The notes under the pieces were generated by a model. The model was given only the letters and a program-made list of their open reading frames with translations. It was not told where the DNA came from and did not search any database. Both the position numbers and the translations under genes were made by a program. A DNA stretch of 64,000 nt from Patescibacteria group bacterium (lineage in GTDB: Bacteria; Patescibacteriota; Patescibacteriia; JAXHNJ01): positions 62,230 through 126,229 of the forward strand of contig JAXHNJ010000002.1 of the NCBI GenBank assembly GCA_034520665.1, written 5' to 3'. Below are positions 48,356 to 62,325 of the stretch, one piece after another; the first letter of the stretch is position 1, and every line of letters begins with the position of its first letter.

Positions 48356-48834
48356 TATTTTTTATATAATTTTGATTTATATTGACGATATTTGACCCCA
48401 GCTGAATCAAAAATACGCCGAGCTGCTATCCAGATATCATCATCATGATATTTATCACTCTCATAGATTATTTCTTTAATACCTGTTTGAACTATAGTCT
48501 TAGCACACTCATTACAAGGGAAAAGAGTACAATAAATCTTGGCTCCTTTAACAGCAGCGTTAGCATTATAAATAGCATTTTCCTCTGCGTGGCAAACATA
48601 AGCGTATTTTGTTTGAGAAAGCTTGCCTTTCCTTCCCCAAGGAAAAGTATCATTATCAACACCCCGTGGAAATCCATTATAGCCCAACCCAACAATAACA
48701 TTATCTTTATTAACTATAACTGCCCCTGCTTGAGTCGAAGGATCTTTTGATCGCTGGGATATAACATGGGCGATTTGCATTAAACACTCATCCCAAGAAA
48801 GAAAATTTTTTCGATATTCTACTTTTTCAGTCAT
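48355..48834 (-). CDS. dCMP deaminase
   Basis: RSKDPSTQ, GYNG, HAEENA, PCNEC. Confidence 0.93.
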   Translation of the reverse strand: MTEKVEYRKNFLSWDECLMQIAHVISQRSKDPSTQAGAVIVNKDNVIVGLGYNGFPRGVDNDTFPWGRKGKLSQTKYAYVCHAEENAIYNANAAVKGAKIYCTLFPCNECAKTIVQTGIKEIIYESDKYHDDDIWIAARRIFDSAGVKYRQYKSKLYKK

Positions 48835-48846
48835 ATTATTTTATTA

Positions 48847-49527
48847 TTAAACCTTAATTCTAACCGAAGGACCCATGGAACTGGTTAAATATATATTCTG
48901 AAAATAATTTTCCTTAACTTCTTTGGGTTTGGCCTTTTTGATCTCTTCCAAAAAGGTTTCAAAATTTTCTTTTAATTTTTTATCATCAAAAGAAATTCGT
49001 CCAATAATCTGATGAACGTTGCCGCTGTCATCGGACTTAAAAGTAATTTTTCCTTGATTGAGCTCTTTAACTACTTTAGCCGGCTCCGGATTAATGGTTT
49101 CGTTTTTAGGGTTGGGCATAAGACCTTTTTGGCCTAATACTTTAGCAATGGGAGCAATTTTTTTCATCATCTCTGGTGAAGCAATAGCTACGTCAAAATT
49201 GGCTTTTTTAGTTTGCCCTATTTCTTTTATTAATTCTTCTCCCCCGACTAGACTAGCCCCGGCTTTTTTGGCTTCTTTTTGTTTTTCTGGAGTAGTCAAT
49301 ACAGCAATTTTCAATTTTTTGCCGGTACCATGAGGTAATTTAGCCGTACCACGCACACTCTGATTCTTTTTAGGATCAATATTAAGATTAAAATGTGTTT
49401 CCACGGCCGCGTCAAAATTAGCCTGAGCCGTTTTTTTGACTAATTCAAGACCCTCTTCAAGCGTATATTCTTTACCTTTTTCCACTAAACTTGAAGATTC
49501 TTGATATTTTTTGCTTCTTTTTTTCAT
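48847..49527 (-). CDS. rplA: 50S ribosomal protein L1
   Basis: MKKRSKKY start at 49527; LPHGTGK, GLMPNPK, SSMGPS. Confidence 0.97.
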   Translation of the reverse strand: MKKRSKKYQESSSLVEKGKEYTLEEGLELVKKTAQANFDAAVETHFNLNIDPKKNQSVRGTAKLPHGTGKKLKIAVLTTPEKQKEAKKAGASLVGGEELIKEIGQTKKANFDVAIASPEMMKKIAPIAKVLGQKGLMPNPKNETINPEPAKVVKELNQGKITFKSDDSGNVHQIIGRISFDDKKLKENFETFLEEIKKAKPKEVKENYFQNIYLTSSMGPSVRIKV

Positions 49528-49541
49528 GTTAAATTCCTTTT

Positions 49542-49582
49542 TGTGGTTCAAGCCCCCTGGTCTTATGAATCGGGGTCCCACT
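49542..49582 (-). promoter_or_regulatory. Possible L1 autoregulatory leader
   Basis: GTGGGA...ACCAC stem immediately 5' of the rplA ribosome-binding site. Confidence 0.4.
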
Positions 49583-49616
49583 TTAGTTAATAAAATATTC
49601 CTATACTTATCTTTTA

Positions 49617-49925
49617 TTACACTTTCTCAATTATTTTTGAAAAATTTTTATCTAGTTCCTTCTCTTCCTTTTTCATCATTTCAAGCCAAGATTTTTTATC
49701 ATTCTTTTTTAAAATATTATTCTTTTCAAGAGCTATTTTTGCAATAAAATTAATATTTTCTTTACTTTTTAAAGTAATCCCTAATAATTTAGTTAAATTA
49801 TTATATGATAAATTTTTTATTTTTTTTACCATAAACAATCTTTCCGGTTTATTAACTATTAATACTTCAAATAAATTTTCGAGTCTTTTAATTAATCTTA
49901 TTTCTTTATATTTATCTTGGTTCAT
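49617..49925 (-). CDS. Hypothetical basic protein
   Basis: 102-aa ORF co-oriented in the rplK-rplA interval. Confidence 0.55.
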   Translation of the reverse strand: MNQDKYKEIRLIKRLENLFEVLIVNKPERLFMVKKIKNLSYNNLTKLLGITLKSKENINFIAKIALEKNNILKKNDKKSWLEMMKKEEKELDKNFSKIIEKV

Positions 49926-49934
49926 AAATTTTTT

Positions 49935-50906
49935 TTATTCAATAATTTTTCCGGGCTGGATTTTCAATTCGACTTGATAAGAATTGAAATCTCCTTTTTC
50001 TATTTCTTCAACACCAATTACTTCGTAACTTTCAATTACTTGATCAAAAGAACATTCTACGTATCCAAAATATTCTTGTGTAAATATTTTTCTCTCTTCA
50101 GAAGTAGACTTTTCTCTAACAACTCTTACTAAAGTTTCAATTGTTTCACCAGCATTTTTTAAAGCATCCTGAGTTGCTTCTTGAGCAGTGGGGCCAACTC
50201 CTTTTGCTTGAAAGGATTTTCCAGTCGGTTCAACTTCAGATTCTAAATTTCCTAATTCAAAATAAGTATGAAAATTATCAATAAATTTTTCTTCTTTTTT
50301 GCTACCGATTATTTCTTCAACTTGGATTATAGAAATGCCGCGTAAGGCAATATTATCACCTTTTGTCGATACTTCCCCATTACTATTTTCGGATGATTGA
50401 TTATTAAATTCTGACGATTCTTTACTAAAAAAGCTTTCCCTTCCAAAATCTGAATTCTTAAAAATTTCTATGCGCTTTTTAATCCAGTCATCGTCTATAC
50501 TGACCTCAATATCTTCACCCAATAAATCTCTCTGAATACCTTTTATTGCTAATTCTTCAGAGTCCTCCTTTTTCTCTTTTTGGCTTTTTTCTCTTTCTTG
50601 GGCAAAAGCTTTTTTAGGAGCAATCCCATCAGACAAAGCAGTGGTTAAGCTTAAAGTTAACAAAAAAGTGGCTAATTCGCGCTTTATTCCTTTCGGCAAT
50701 TTTTTTAATAGGCCTTTGTGTGAAGCCTCAAATTTTTCTACCTTTTCATTAATTTTTTCACTTTCAATTTTCCTTGCTTCAACAAAATTAAAATCTTTCT
50801 GATCAGTTTCTGATTCAAAATCACCTTCTTTTAAGCCAATACTGCCTTCCCCTTCCTCCTCAAATTGGGAGTCTTCTGCCTTTTTTGGATTATATTTCTC
50901 TCTCAT
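49935..50906 (-). CDS. Hypothetical acidic protein with an internal signal-peptide-like segment
   Basis: Glu-rich N-terminus, then KRELATFLLTLSLTTALS...KKAFAQE. Confidence 0.7.
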   Translation of the reverse strand: MREKYNPKKAEDSQFEEEGEGSIGLKEGDFESETDQKDFNFVEARKIESEKINEKVEKFEASHKGLLKKLPKGIKRELATFLLTLSLTTALSDGIAPKKAFAQEREKSQKEKKEDSEELAIKGIQRDLLGEDIEVSIDDDWIKKRIEIFKNSDFGRESFFSKESSEFNNQSSENSNGEVSTKGDNIALRGISIIQVEEIIGSKKEEKFIDNFHTYFELGNLESEVEPTGKSFQAKGVGPTAQEATQDALKNAGETIETLVRVVREKSTSEERKIFTQEYFGYVECSFDQVIESYEVIGVEEIEKGDFNSYQVELKIQPGKIIE

Positions 50907-50916
50907 TCTAATTATA

Positions 50917-51339
50917 CTAATTGATTTTAATACCCATATTACGAGCCGTACCCTTGATAATCTTCTTAGCTCCCTCCAAATCTTTGGCGTTTAAATCAGG
51001 CATTTTTATTTTAGCAATTTCTTCAATATCCTTTTCAGAAACTTTTCCGGCTTTTTCTTTTAACTGATCCCCTGAGCCTTTGTCCACTCCGGCTGCTTTT
51101 TTTAAGAGAGCGGCCGCTGGTGGGGTTTTTAAAATAAAATCAAAACTCCTGTCTTCATAAACAGTCAGTTCCACCGGAATAATATCACCGGCTTTATCTT
51201 TGGTTTTATTGTTAAACTGGGTGCAAAATTCTTGAATATTTACTCCGTGCTGTCCCAAGGCCGGACCGATAGGAGGGGCCGGATTAGCCTTACCAGCTGG
51301 TATTTGTAGTTTAATTATTGTTTTAATTTTCTTAGCCAT
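50917..51339 (-). CDS. rplK: 50S ribosomal protein L11
   Basis: [25 protein letters not shown]. Confidence 0.98.
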   Translation of the reverse strand: MAKKIKTIIKLQIPAGKANPAPPIGPALGQHGVNIQEFCTQFNNKTKDKAGDIIPVELTVYEDRSFDFILKTPPAAALLKKAAGVDKGSGDQLKEKAGKVSEKDIEEIAKIKMPDLNAKDLEGAKKIIKGTARNMGIKIN

Positions 51340-51366
51340 TTTATTAGTTATATAGTAAGTTAGTTG

Positions 51367-51600
51367 ATTAGTGACTTAGTTTTTGTTTATTTCTTAAATA
51401 TCTTATATATCCGTTAATACCTTTTATTAATTCTGTATATTTATTAATAAATTTTTCTCCAATTTCTTGTGTTATATATTTATTTTCTATAAAACCTTTA
51501 AATTGACTTTTTACCTCTTCCGCTTCCCCTCTTGAAATATATAAAGAATAAATTTTGTTTCCATAATTATATTTTCTATACTGGTAGTATTAAGAATATT
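51367..51600 (-). pseudogene. 5'-deleted four-helix-bundle gene between nusG and rplK
   Basis: Manual translation YRKYNYGNKIYSLYISRGEAEEVKSQ...YTELIKGINGYIRYL aligns with the C-terminal half of 10760-11131; flanked by TTAG (51343-51381) and CTAA (51631-51669) tracts. Confidence 0.7.
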
Positions 51601-51665
51601 CCTTTCTCAAGCCACCAAATATTATATTTACAATTAACTAATTGACTATCTAACTAATTAACTAA

Positions 51666-52211
51666 CTAAATTTTTTTAACTTGTAAAAAGTCTAGCTCTA
51701 CCGGCGTTTCCCGGCCAAACATAGAAACTAAAACTTTAATTTTACCTCGTGCTTCATCAATTTCGGAAACCTTGCCTTCAAATTCCTTAAAGGGGCCGTC
51801 AATAATTTTAACCGGCGTACCGACACTGACGTCAATTTTATATTTAGGTTCTTCCACACCCATGCGTTTCTGTAAGTTTTTAACTTCTTTTTCAGAAATA
51901 GGGGTCGGCGTGGTACCCGAACCAACAAAACCGGTAACATTAGGAGTATTTCGGACCACATACCAGGAATCATCCGTGACAATCATTTCTACTAAAACAT
52001 AACCGGGAAATATTTTTTCGGTTACAGTTTTTCTTTTACCGTTTTTTATTTTAATCTTTTTTTCTGTTGGTATGAGAACATTAAAAATTTTATCCTCCAT
52101 ATCCATAGACTCAATTCTTTGTTTAAGATTTCGAGATACATTTTCTTCATAGCCAGAATAAGTATGTAAAACATACCATCTTCTTCCCTGTTGTAGTGTT
52201 TGTTTAGGCAT
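51666..52211 (-). CDS. nusG: Transcription termination/antitermination factor NusG
   Basis: WYVLHTYSGYE, FPGYVLV, DGPF, MFGRETPVEL. Confidence 0.98.
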   Translation of the reverse strand: MPKQTLQQGRRWYVLHTYSGYEENVSRNLKQRIESMDMEDKIFNVLIPTEKKIKIKNGKRKTVTEKIFPGYVLVEMIVTDDSWYVVRNTPNVTGFVGSGTTPTPISEKEVKNLQKRMGVEEPKYKIDVSVGTPVKIIDGPFKEFEGKVSEIDEARGKIKVLVSMFGRETPVELDFLQVKKI

Positions 52212-52216
52212 AAATT

Positions 52217-52408
52217 TTAAGTAATACTAATAATTTGCTGTACTCCTATATTGAGTAGATAATCAACCAAACCCAAAAAAGCACCCACAACCAAGCAAAC
52301 TCCTAAAACTATCAGAGTTTGGTGAATTGTCTCTTTTCTGGTTGGCCAAGAGACTTTTTTTAGCTCTTCTTTTGCTTCTTTAAAGTAATTTATGAGTTTA
52401 TTAGCCAT
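52217..52408 (-). CDS. secE: Preprotein translocase SecE
   Basis: ELKKVSWPTRKE plus TM helix; upstream of nusG. Confidence 0.95.
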   Translation of the reverse strand: MANKLINYFKEAKEELKKVSWPTRKETIHQTLIVLGVCLVVGAFLGLVDYLLNIGVQQIISIT

Positions 52409-52503
52409 TTTCTTGGTTTTTAAAACCCCGATTGGCGGGGCTGTTGATATCTAAAATTATCATAGCAAATCTAGAAAAATAAAGCAAATATGTTAGATAA
52501 ATA

Positions 52504-53901
52504 TTATCTCTCTTCTAATTGATCTATTTTTCGATTAATTTCTTCCAAAACACCCCGATAACCTATCTTTTTTTCACTCTCATCAGATTTTTCTGATAAG
52601 ATATTTTCTATCTTATTTTTCAAATCATTAAGATGCTCAACATCCTCAGATTGCAATATATCATTGTCAGATGATATTAGGCCTTCACTAATTAATTCTT
52701 TTATAGCTAGGTTGAACTCTACTAAACTGGCTGCTCTATAAGTTACATCAACATTTTCTAATAGATCTGAGTAATCATTAATTCCTTCTTTTACTAAACC
52801 TGGAAAATTCTCTTTTAAACCTTCTAATTTTTTATTTATGGAATTTTTTAAATAATTCGCTTCTGGTGTATCTCCTTGTCCTTGTTTTTCTAACATTTTT
52901 AGGGTTTTTACATGAGATTCTACGTACCAGGCTGTAACTTTCATAGTTCTCTTGAATGCATATTCTTTTTCAGCATTAGATAATTCAGGATATCTTCTAT
53001 CTAAATATTTCTTCTTTACTGAATCCATTAAGTTCTCTTTTAAAAAATAATAGGAGGGTAACATTCTTCCACTAAATTTTATTCCCATAAATTCATTCTT
53101 ATTATAAGCAAAGCTTGCGTTAATTGTTTTAGGATCATCTGAATCTGTCATATCTCTAAATTCAAGATTTTTTCTTGAAATTGCTTCTTCTTCAAAAAGG
53201 TTTAAAACATCTTTAATATCTTTCTCGCCTTCTACAAAATATACTAATGTTTCAGCAGCTTTTTTATAATTACTAGATTGACCCTTTTCAATTTGTTTTT
53301 CATTAAACCATTTAATAAAACATTCCGCGTATCTGCCACTTAAGTCAAATTTATTTTTTATACTACCGAAGATACTATTTAAATAGTCATTTGCGCCTTC
53401 TTCTTCTAAATTTTTAGCCTCCTTAATCTGATCAATTATCTCACCTCTGAATGATGAAATTCTTTTTTCATTTTCATTAAAAGTCTGCTCAGTTTTTTGA
53501 CCTTCCGGCGTGGCTGTTTTGGCTTTGTTAAGAAAACCTTCAAAACTAGTGCCAGCCGCCAATATTCCCACTCCAAGAACTAAAGTTCTTAAAGCTTTGC
53601 CGACTTTTCCTTTTCTTAATTCTTTTAAAATATTAGGGTTACCTTCAGCTAATTTATCAGTCACTTTATTGGCTACTTCTTCTTCACTCATACCCTCTTC
53701 TTCCTTAATTCCCAGTTCTTCAATTAAAGTTTGGCGGGAAGCTGCTATCTCATCAATAGTCAACTCTTGATTCTCTTCTGTTGATTCGATATCTTCTTTT
53801 TTTAAATCATTTTCTTCCTCTGTATTTTCATTTTTTTTCTTTTCTTTTTCTTTTTTTACAATTTTCTCCAAATCTGGACCATTTTCTATTGAATTTCCCA
53901 T
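52504..53901 (-). CDS. Hypothetical acidic protein with an internal signal/TM segment
   Basis: ~100-aa Glu-rich N-terminus, then KALRTLVLGVGILAAGT. Confidence 0.7.
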   Translation of the reverse strand: MGNSIENGPDLEKIVKKEKEKKKNENTEEENDLKKEDIESTEENQELTIDEIAASRQTLIEELGIKEEEGMSEEEVANKVTDKLAEGNPNILKELRKGKVGKALRTLVLGVGILAAGTSFEGFLNKAKTATPEGQKTEQTFNENEKRISSFRGEIIDQIKEAKNLEEEGANDYLNSIFGSIKNKFDLSGRYAECFIKWFNEKQIEKGQSSNYKKAAETLVYFVEGEKDIKDVLNLFEEEAISRKNLEFRDMTDSDDPKTINASFAYNKNEFMGIKFSGRMLPSYYFLKENLMDSVKKKYLDRRYPELSNAEKEYAFKRTMKVTAWYVESHVKTLKMLEKQGQGDTPEANYLKNSINKKLEGLKENFPGLVKEGINDYSDLLENVDVTYRAASLVEFNLAIKELISEGLISSDNDILQSEDVEHLNDLKNKIENILSEKSDESEKKIGYRGVLEEINRKIDQLEER

Positions 53902-54016
53902 AAATTTATTTTTTTAATAACTATTATATATTCTATTTAAATTTTAACATAAAAATGGAAATATGTCAATTCTATAAAAATTTATCTGTCTAGTTTTTGA
54001 TTTCATCAAATAATAG

Positions 54017-54571
54017 TTAAAAAGCCTTTCTTCTTAAACCAATAAACTTACCAATAATATTAATACCTATATGAAAAATAAAACCTAAAGCCACCAAACT
54101 GACAAAAACATCAGCCGGCGGTATAAAAAAAGGAAAACTAAAAATCATACCTCCTAAAGTATAGTCAATCTGATCAAAAGGTATCCAAGAATGACCAGAC
54201 TTAATATTTAAGCGCCGCTTAAAAAAACTCTTGACTAAATCACCTATTATAGCACCTAAAGCCATAATTGTTCCCATCCAAATACTTTTTTCCGAATAAT
54301 TAATTATAGAAATACTGCGAAAAAAATCCGAATTTACAAAGGCATGTTTTTGAATAATAAATATTAAAGCTCCTCCTATTAAAGCTGCTAAAATACCGCG
54401 CCAGGTTTTATGGGCGCCAAAAAGTCTCTGATTTTTGATTTTAGCGCTAAAATCAACGGGCTTGGCTAAAAAACCAAACCAGCGGTTAAAAATAACCGGC
54501 ATCATATTAGCCAGGCCCAAAGGCAGTGAATACCAAGTTATCTTTAATATATATATTATTATTGCCTCCAT
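54017..54571 (-). CDS. CDP-archaeol synthase (CarS/DUF46) family
   Basis: ANMMPV, PVDF, FGAHKTWRG, GDLVKSFFKRR, PFDQIDY. Confidence 0.88.
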   Translation of the reverse strand: MEAIIIYILKITWYSLPLGLANMMPVIFNRWFGFLAKPVDFSAKIKNQRLFGAHKTWRGILAALIGGALIFIIQKHAFVNSDFFRSISIINYSEKSIWMGTIMALGAIIGDLVKSFFKRRLNIKSGHSWIPFDQIDYTLGGMIFSFPFFIPPADVFVSLVALGFIFHIGINIIGKFIGLRRKAF

Positions 54572-54576
54572 TTATT

Positions 54577-55023
54577 TTAAGAAAAATATGAATAAGTGTA
54601 GACAAAAATTAAATATAAATAAAAAATTAATCGCAAGGGTAAAATAAGATTTTTTTTAAAAAAACCACTGACAATATTTAAAATTACATTAACCAAAAAG
54701 AGATAAAACCAAGCTCCACCAAAAAAAATAAAAATTATACCCTCAGAAAAACGATCAGTTATAGTATCTATTAACCAACCTTTATAGCTAGCACGATTAT
54801 ATTTTCGAGCCACTACTCCATCTAGCCAATCAAATATGATGACAAAAAATAGAATTACTATAGCTAGAATTTTATGATCAGCCCATGAAAAAATAAAGGC
54901 TATACTCAAAGGTATAGCCAATATTGTTATATAACTGGGATTTATATTTGGCCAAGGTAATTTTAAAATCCAGAAATCAATTATTTCACGTAATTTTCTG
55001 ACCATTTTTAATTTTTCAGCCAT
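54577..55023 (-). CDS. CDP-alcohol phosphatidyltransferase
   Basis: DWLDGVVAR...GWLID..TDR signature. Confidence 0.88.
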   Translation of the reverse strand: MAEKLKMVRKLREIIDFWILKLPWPNINPSYITILAIPLSIAFIFSWADHKILAIVILFFVIIFDWLDGVVARKYNRASYKGWLIDTITDRFSEGIIFIFFGGAWFYLFLVNVILNIVSGFFKKNLILPLRLIFYLYLIFVYTYSYFS

Positions 55024-55037
55024 TTTTTAAACCTTTA

Positions 55038-59421
<4,384 letters not shown>

Positions 59422-59432
59422 AATTTAAAAAA

Positions 59433-60509
59433 TTAAAATTGCTTTAAAAATCTTAAATCCCCCTGATAAGATAACCTAATATCATCTATGCCGTAATAAA
59501 GCATCATAAAGCGGTCGATACCCATACCAAAAGCAAAGCCGGTGTATTTTTCAGGGTCAACATTCATATTTTTTAGCACTTTGGGGTGAACCAGGCCCGA
59601 GCCCATCATTTCCAACCAACCGGTCTGGCCACAAACCCGGCAACCTTCTCCTTCACACAAAAGACAGGACATATCAAAATCCATAGAAGGCTCAGTAAAA
59701 GGATAGTAATGGGGACGTACTCTAGTTTTTACTTTTTTGCCGAATAAGGTTTTTAAAAAAAGTTGCACCGTGCCAATTAAATCAGTTACTTTTACTTCCT
59801 GGTCAATAACTAAGCCTTCACACTGGTAAAAAGTAGTTTCATGGCTGGCATCAGTAGCTTCATGGCGAAAAACTCGTCCCGGCACAATCAAACGGACCGG
59901 CGGCTTCCTCTTTTGCATAGATCTAATCTGCATCGGCGAAGTATGGGTTCTCAAAAGTAAATCACTTATTGCCTCTTGTTTATTACTTTTTTTACTTCTG
60001 GCCAATTGACGCTTAGCTAAAATTGATTGGCCCGGCTCAACATAATAAGTATCCCACATATCTCTAGCTGGGTGGTTTTTGGGAATATTTAATAAATCAA
60101 AATTATATTTGGCTGATTCCACTTCTGATCCTTCAACTACTTCAAAGCCCATACGCTGAAAAATATCAATTACTTTCCTCATAAATTGAGTTAAAGGATG
60201 TAGATGACCGTGTTCAATTTTTTCTCCGGGAATAGTCAGGTCAATATCAACTTCTGGCGATTCTTCTTCATTCAGCTCTTTTTCTTTTTCTCTAATTGAC
60301 CTTTCAATTTTTTGCCGCACCTCATTGCCTAATTTACCTATTTTTGGCTTTTCTTTTTTAGGTAAGTCTTTGATACCTCTTAAAATTTGTGAAAGCTCTT
60401 TTTGCCGTCCCAGAAATTTATTTCTTATTTTTTCCAGATCTTCAAAACTAGAGATATTTTTTATCTCCTTTTTAGCCTTAGATAATATTTTTTTGAGTTT
60501 ATCTTCCAT
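59433..60509 (-). CDS. pheS: Phenylalanyl-tRNA synthetase alpha subunit
   Basis: GHLHP, HPARDMWDT, LLRTHTSP, YPFTEPS, GFAFGMG. Confidence 0.98.
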   Translation of the reverse strand: MEDKLKKILSKAKKEIKNISSFEDLEKIRNKFLGRQKELSQILRGIKDLPKKEKPKIGKLGNEVRQKIERSIREKEKELNEEESPEVDIDLTIPGEKIEHGHLHPLTQFMRKVIDIFQRMGFEVVEGSEVESAKYNFDLLNIPKNHPARDMWDTYYVEPGQSILAKRQLARSKKSNKQEAISDLLLRTHTSPMQIRSMQKRKPPVRLIVPGRVFRHEATDASHETTFYQCEGLVIDQEVKVTDLIGTVQLFLKTLFGKKVKTRVRPHYYPFTEPSMDFDMSCLLCEGEGCRVCGQTGWLEMMGSGLVHPKVLKNMNVDPEKYTGFAFGMGIDRFMMLYYGIDDIRLSYQGDLRFLKQF

Positions 60510-60882
60510 AAGGTATGCGTTTTATTGAAAAGAAAAATTCCAAAATAATTAAAAATAAAAGAAAAAATAATAAATTCCACCAGCGCAGTAAATTTGAGGC
60601 CTGCAAAGCTAAAGAGCCAATTATTAAAACAGTAAACAAAATACTCTGACGAAAAGATATATTTAGATGCCGAAAAAGCGGCACTTTTTTGTTTATTAAA
60701 GCGCGAATTAAAAAACCAATAATAAAAAAAGTGCCAAGCAGTGACAAAAATAAACTGATATAAAACAATAAAAAAGCCAAAAATCCGCTCTCCGGTGAAA
60801 TATTAAAGATCACTGATAAAAAAGAAAGCCAGCAAATAACTGTGGAAATTCCCATGAAAAGTAGGTACTTTTTAAGCGACAT
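60499..60882 (-). CDS. Hypothetical 4-TM membrane protein
   Basis: Four hydrophobic helices; overlaps the pheS start. Confidence 0.7.
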   Translation of the reverse strand: MSLKKYLLFMGISTVICWLSFLSVIFNISPESGFLAFLLFYISLFLSLLGTFFIIGFLIRALINKKVPLFRHLNISFRQSILFTVLIIGSLALQASNLLRWWNLLFFLLFLIILEFFFSIKRIPYGR

Positions 60883-61281
60883 AGCATTTACTTTGTATTA
60901 TCAAAAATTAGGCCTTTAACCTTAGCCTAATTTTAGCATTTTTTTGGGCTTTTAGCAAGAGAAAAATCAATGATTTTCTAAGCTAATATTAGCCTAGATT
61001 TAAACTCAAAATAAGTTATATCTTAAGAACTTTTCTATCTTTCATAAATACTATAAATTTTTGCTTTTCCACACATTTTTTTTAAAGAATAATCACTTTT
61101 TATATTCTAAATTTTCTTGATCTTCCCTGATTTTTCAATTTTTATTTTATTACCGGTTTTAATTATTCTTGTCCATAGCTAAAGAACCAAACAAAAGAGA
61201 AAATTCCCTTTTATCAACAAATACCCATTTTTTTTAAGCTCTTTTATTTTTGTCTTCACTAATATTAAAAAATCAAAAAAA

Positions 61282-62319
61282 CTATTTTTTGTTTTTTTTA
61301 CTATACTTTTTCTTAATATCTTTAATCGCTTTTTCTTTAATCTCAGAATATTCATCTTTAATTTTTCCCAATAAAACCTCCAGAATATCTTCCATGGTTA
61401 AGATACCCAAATCTTTTTCTTTGTTCTTATCACGCACTAAAGCAAAGTGTTTTTGTCCGCGCCGCATTTGACGAAAAATATTAACTACTTCCTCATCTTC
61501 GACAATAATAAAGGAACGTTTTAACAAAGAATCTACTTTTTTTGAACGGGTCGAGATAATATCTTTTAAATAAATTAGGCCGACAATTTTTTCTTTATCC
61601 GGATTCATCACCGGCACCCGAGTAAAGCCTTTTTCTAAAATCTGCTGGCGAGCGTATTCAATACTACATCCTTTATTAATATAAAAAACTTTTTTCATCG
61701 GTATCATCACGTCTTTGGCCTTTTTCTGGCCAAAGTCAAAAGTGCGATAAATAATTTTCTTTTCTACATTTTTTATTAAACCCTCTTCCTTTCCCAAGCT
61801 AACCAAACTTTTAATATCTCTTTTGGATAAAGAAAGTTCACCTTGAGGTTTAAAGCGTAGTTTTAAAAACTTTTTTGATATAAAAAGGAATACGCGACTA
61901 ATCGGAGTTAAAGTTTGAACTAAATAGTAAAGTGATTTGGCCCGCTTTAAACAAATCTCCCGACTGGCCGCCAGACCACGAGCTTTCGGATTTATTTCCC
62001 CAAAAATAGTAATAATAAAAGTAATTAGTCCAATAGCCAGACTCAGGCCAAAGGTATGAAAAACACGATTAGCAAAAAGTGCTACTAAAGAAGCCAAAAT
62101 AATTTTGATTAAATTATTTAAAACTAAAATAGTAGCAATGGCCTTGTTCATGTTACGTTTAACCCAAAAAACAAATTCTTTTTTATTAACATTATCAATC
62201 TTCATCTGAGCCAAATCAGACTGGCTTAAGTTTGAAAAGGCTGTTTCGGTCCCAGAAAGCCAGGCTGACATCAGTATCAGCAGAATAACCGCTAGAATAA
62301 TTATTGTATAAATAAGCAT
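61282..62319 (-). CDS. CNNM/DUF21 + CBS domain protein (hemolysin-like)
   Basis: SGTETA, ILVLNN, FGEINPK, FTRVPV, GILTMEDILEVLLG. Confidence 0.9.
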   Translation of the reverse strand: MLIYTIIILAVILLILMSAWLSGTETAFSNLSQSDLAQMKIDNVNKKEFVFWVKRNMNKAIATILVLNNLIKIILASLVALFANRVFHTFGLSLAIGLITFIITIFGEINPKARGLAASREICLKRAKSLYYLVQTLTPISRVFLFISKKFLKLRFKPQGELSLSKRDIKSLVSLGKEEGLIKNVEKKIIYRTFDFGQKKAKDVMIPMKKVFYINKGCSIEYARQQILEKGFTRVPVMNPDKEKIVGLIYLKDIISTRSKKVDSLLKRSFIIVEDEEVVNIFRQMRRGQKHFALVRDKNKEKDLGILTMEDILEVLLGKIKDEYSEIKEKAIKDIKKKYSKKNKK

Positions 62320-62325
62320 ATTTTT

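Noticed and set aside
49528-49581. N-terminal extension of rplA, and likewise of the sigma ORFs to 44916 and 45885
   Set aside because: Downstream ATGs have SD-like sequences and match the expected family N-termini; the extensions are leader sequence.
60960-61260. Possible small gene between the CNNM gene and the 4-TM gene
   Set aside because: Only short stop-interrupted frames with no recognisable motif.
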